Shown: one piece after another, positions 63,301 to 64,000 of the stretch | Numbering within the stretch: position 1 is the first letter of the stretch | Layout of the letters: the number at the start of each line of letters is the position of its first letter | NCBI GenBank assembly: GCA_965372795.1 | Contig: CBDVDR010000011.1 | Span: 1 to 64,000, forward strand | Length of the DNA stretch: 64,000 nucleotides | Source of the DNA: an uncultured bacterium | Lineage (GTDB): Bacteria; Zixibacteria; MSB-5A5; GN15; FEB-12 | Reading direction: 5' to 3' | Notes under the pieces: generated by a model | Databases searched by the model: none | What the model was told of the DNA's origin: nothing | The model's input: only the letters and a program-made list of their open reading frames with translations | Translations under genes and position numbers: made by a program

Positions 63301-64000
63301 GGCAGTAAATTCTCAATAGCTATTGAGTTAAAAAATCTTGGCACCGCCCAGGCAACTTCAGGATTTTTTGAGTTGAATACTTTTGGAACTGACCTTGGAC
63401 GGGAATACCAACCACTTGGTGAGATTGCTGTAAACGAATATATAATTTTCAACTTTACCGCTCCAATGTTTGATACAACTTTTGAAATAGAATTTTCTTT
63501 AACCGAAATACCTATTGATGTAAACACAAATCATCCCGCACAAATAAATAAAACTAAGCTGAATTTTACCTTTACAGTCAAATCACTTGACGGTTCACTC
63601 TTTGTTGAAGCAAATAAAATTGGCACTAATCTTTTAATCCCGGACCGGGTTAAAGAGATGTTCCAGATCGGTTTCACTAATCAGGGTCATCAGGATCAAT
63701 CAAGAATAGATGTAAATTCACTTGAGGTATACTTTACTGATCAAAATAATTTACCGCTTAACATTGAAGATAAAATTGCTCTTGAAGAGACCGGTTTTTA
63801 TGACGGAAATATCCTGATTTCGACGGCGGAAATATCAGACAATCGGATTACTTTTACATTAAATAATTTTTCGATAAGTCCATTAGCTACCAACAGTTTA
63901 AAATTCAAATCAAAATTCACCAAAGCGATCAATTCCCCGTTTAATGTGGTGCTTGATTTAAGAACTATCAAAGCTGTTTATGCCGAGGGACCGTTTATCA
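60358..64000 (+). CDS. Large secreted protein with Ig/CARDB-like repeats (3'-partial, >1200 aa)
   Basis: No frame-1 stop seen in the stretches translated, and absence from the ORF track fits an ORF running off the window end. Signal peptide MKFLTISLLAFCLISIQAYA. Beta-rich acidic sequence with a 229-aa tandem duplication. Alternative ATG at 60331. Confidence 0.85.
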   Translation, partial: MKFLTISLLAFCLISIQAYAIEVESGFDDDFVISNLFDNSSSLVTNFEIHQLDNFTIDLSNPNVEESSTYLLQFDISRSDFLKLGNGGFSFLFPPGFDLSNADVTDIQDSVSQHEYSIYSASVFGQLLTVRVLRSKNDESSDESLDFAVTIRLENVINTNIAGQYALYGLAFDKKLRLIAGPTKSNLFEILGSNGLTIELTPSEDLTVQAGDDINFELTGYDLNGNPVDLENVSWLLKPGSDQIGYFDGSTFKTQKVGQGIIQAVYKSEIIESGLITVIPGELAFIELDISHNQVVGYPLQTRAKIYLLDSFGNFKTDYDLLNNPLELSISEGVISPDLVNDNSLLIEGVIDLLPLEIQYEGQSVTVEMYASSNGIQSNNSVVSFNGFEILDVLNSDGTALFRVLPNQSLEINLFASNNGTQIALDKPKLTAFYNSKPDDFVTTLFDGSYGGIIKNIPIILPPHTGDPSEDIITFQISADYSINGKVLNYFTETEIQIFIEEESKPDLSVANLFPTVVSAGTDAAFEFDLLLEESFGEVLEVIQAEFNLSGNSFNSSSELFFINNQILPGNNKVTSGPIFIPPVLSDNELEASVSITYSDSKGKISQFNSHFDDISVLITSETIVEITNLTIISQNSPRVNINQNFTVEATITNKSDVEIVDLEIQLASNGSSIFDGIRLVELSALESKIISFPVTASSVATINETFILSLVSSNVIQSPIQSPSTFIVIDEPAELTLSYSLIGITNNLIEKGKTFSLLVNLTKTGTSEVSDASYKLLIENDFVSDLPLDGLLKVNEQMIFNITVPDFAVTANFDFSLTAIPIETNTSVNASINQESFNFDITVLSDSPEQATVRIRRVIVEAPNAPRINMNQNFEIICLVENLSEFNIADLRLNLSTNGFSILTAEQLVSIPANDSIEVRYQVTAASEMNDNEVFTLEILSTNVNILNPVDNIASVIIEAPVNIELNHNLFNVHNGVVSRGSKFSIAIELKNLGTAQATSGFFELNTFGTDLGREYQPLGEIAVNEYIIFNFTAPMFDTTFEIEFSLTEIPIDVNTNHPAQINKTKLNFTFTVKSLDGSLFVEANKIGTNLLIPDRVKEMFQIGFTNQGHQDQSRIDVNSLEVYFTDQNNLPLNIEDKIALEETGFYDGNILISTAEISDNRITFTLNNFSISPLATNSLKFKSKFTKAINSPFNVVLDLRTIKAVYAEGPFI

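Noticed and set aside
1828..63527. Many short antisense or alternative-frame ORFs in the track (e.g. 1828-2124, 14578-15051, 54020-54544, 59674-60078, 60732-63527)
   Set aside because: They overlap well-supported genes, or the large unlisted ORF from 60358, and show no recognisable motifs; treated as shadow ORFs.

Overview
AT-rich bacterial chromosomal segment, almost entirely on the + strand. Two secreted proteins with a Cys-bracketed dockerin-like C-terminal domain suggest candidate phylum Zixibacteria, but this is inference and was not database-checked. The left flank holds a partial TPR gene, nrdR, a dockerin protein, tatC, an anticodon-less tRNA-Gly-like element with an intact sigma70 promoter, a DUF512 radical-SAM gene and der. 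The centre (5.9-49.1 kb) is a motility locus. It begins with an RsbU/RsbW/RsbV-like partner switch, a HEAT-repeat protein and a chemotaxis set with no MCP or CheW (receiver, cheR, cheY, cheY, cheZ, cheA, cheB). Next come a PAS kinase/sigma54-activator pair, motAB and flgBC-orf-fliEFGHIJ. After an interrupting cohesin-dockerin gene, a small Cys-rich ORF and a methyltransferase come flgFGAHIJ, flgNK-csrA-flgL-fliW, a TPR-glycosyltransferase, fliC, fliD, fliS, a FliT/FlgN-like gene, an flgM-like gene and an HDOD gene. The right flank holds tRNA-Val(GAC), thrS-infC(ATA start)-rpmI-rplT-pheST, zapB-like/zapA, rny, ymdB, folD and a >1200-aa secreted Ig-repeat protein that runs off the end and is absent from the ORF track. 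Intergenic DNA suggests a three-tier regulatory cascade: sigma70, sigma54 promoters with a shared tandem enhancer and IHF-like box, and sigma28 promoters. GGA-loop hairpins point to a CsrA regulon. The most novel candidates are the putatively sigma28-driven partner-switch/HEAT/receptor-less Che operon, the flagellar sigma54 enhancer motif and the anticodon-less tRNA leader.
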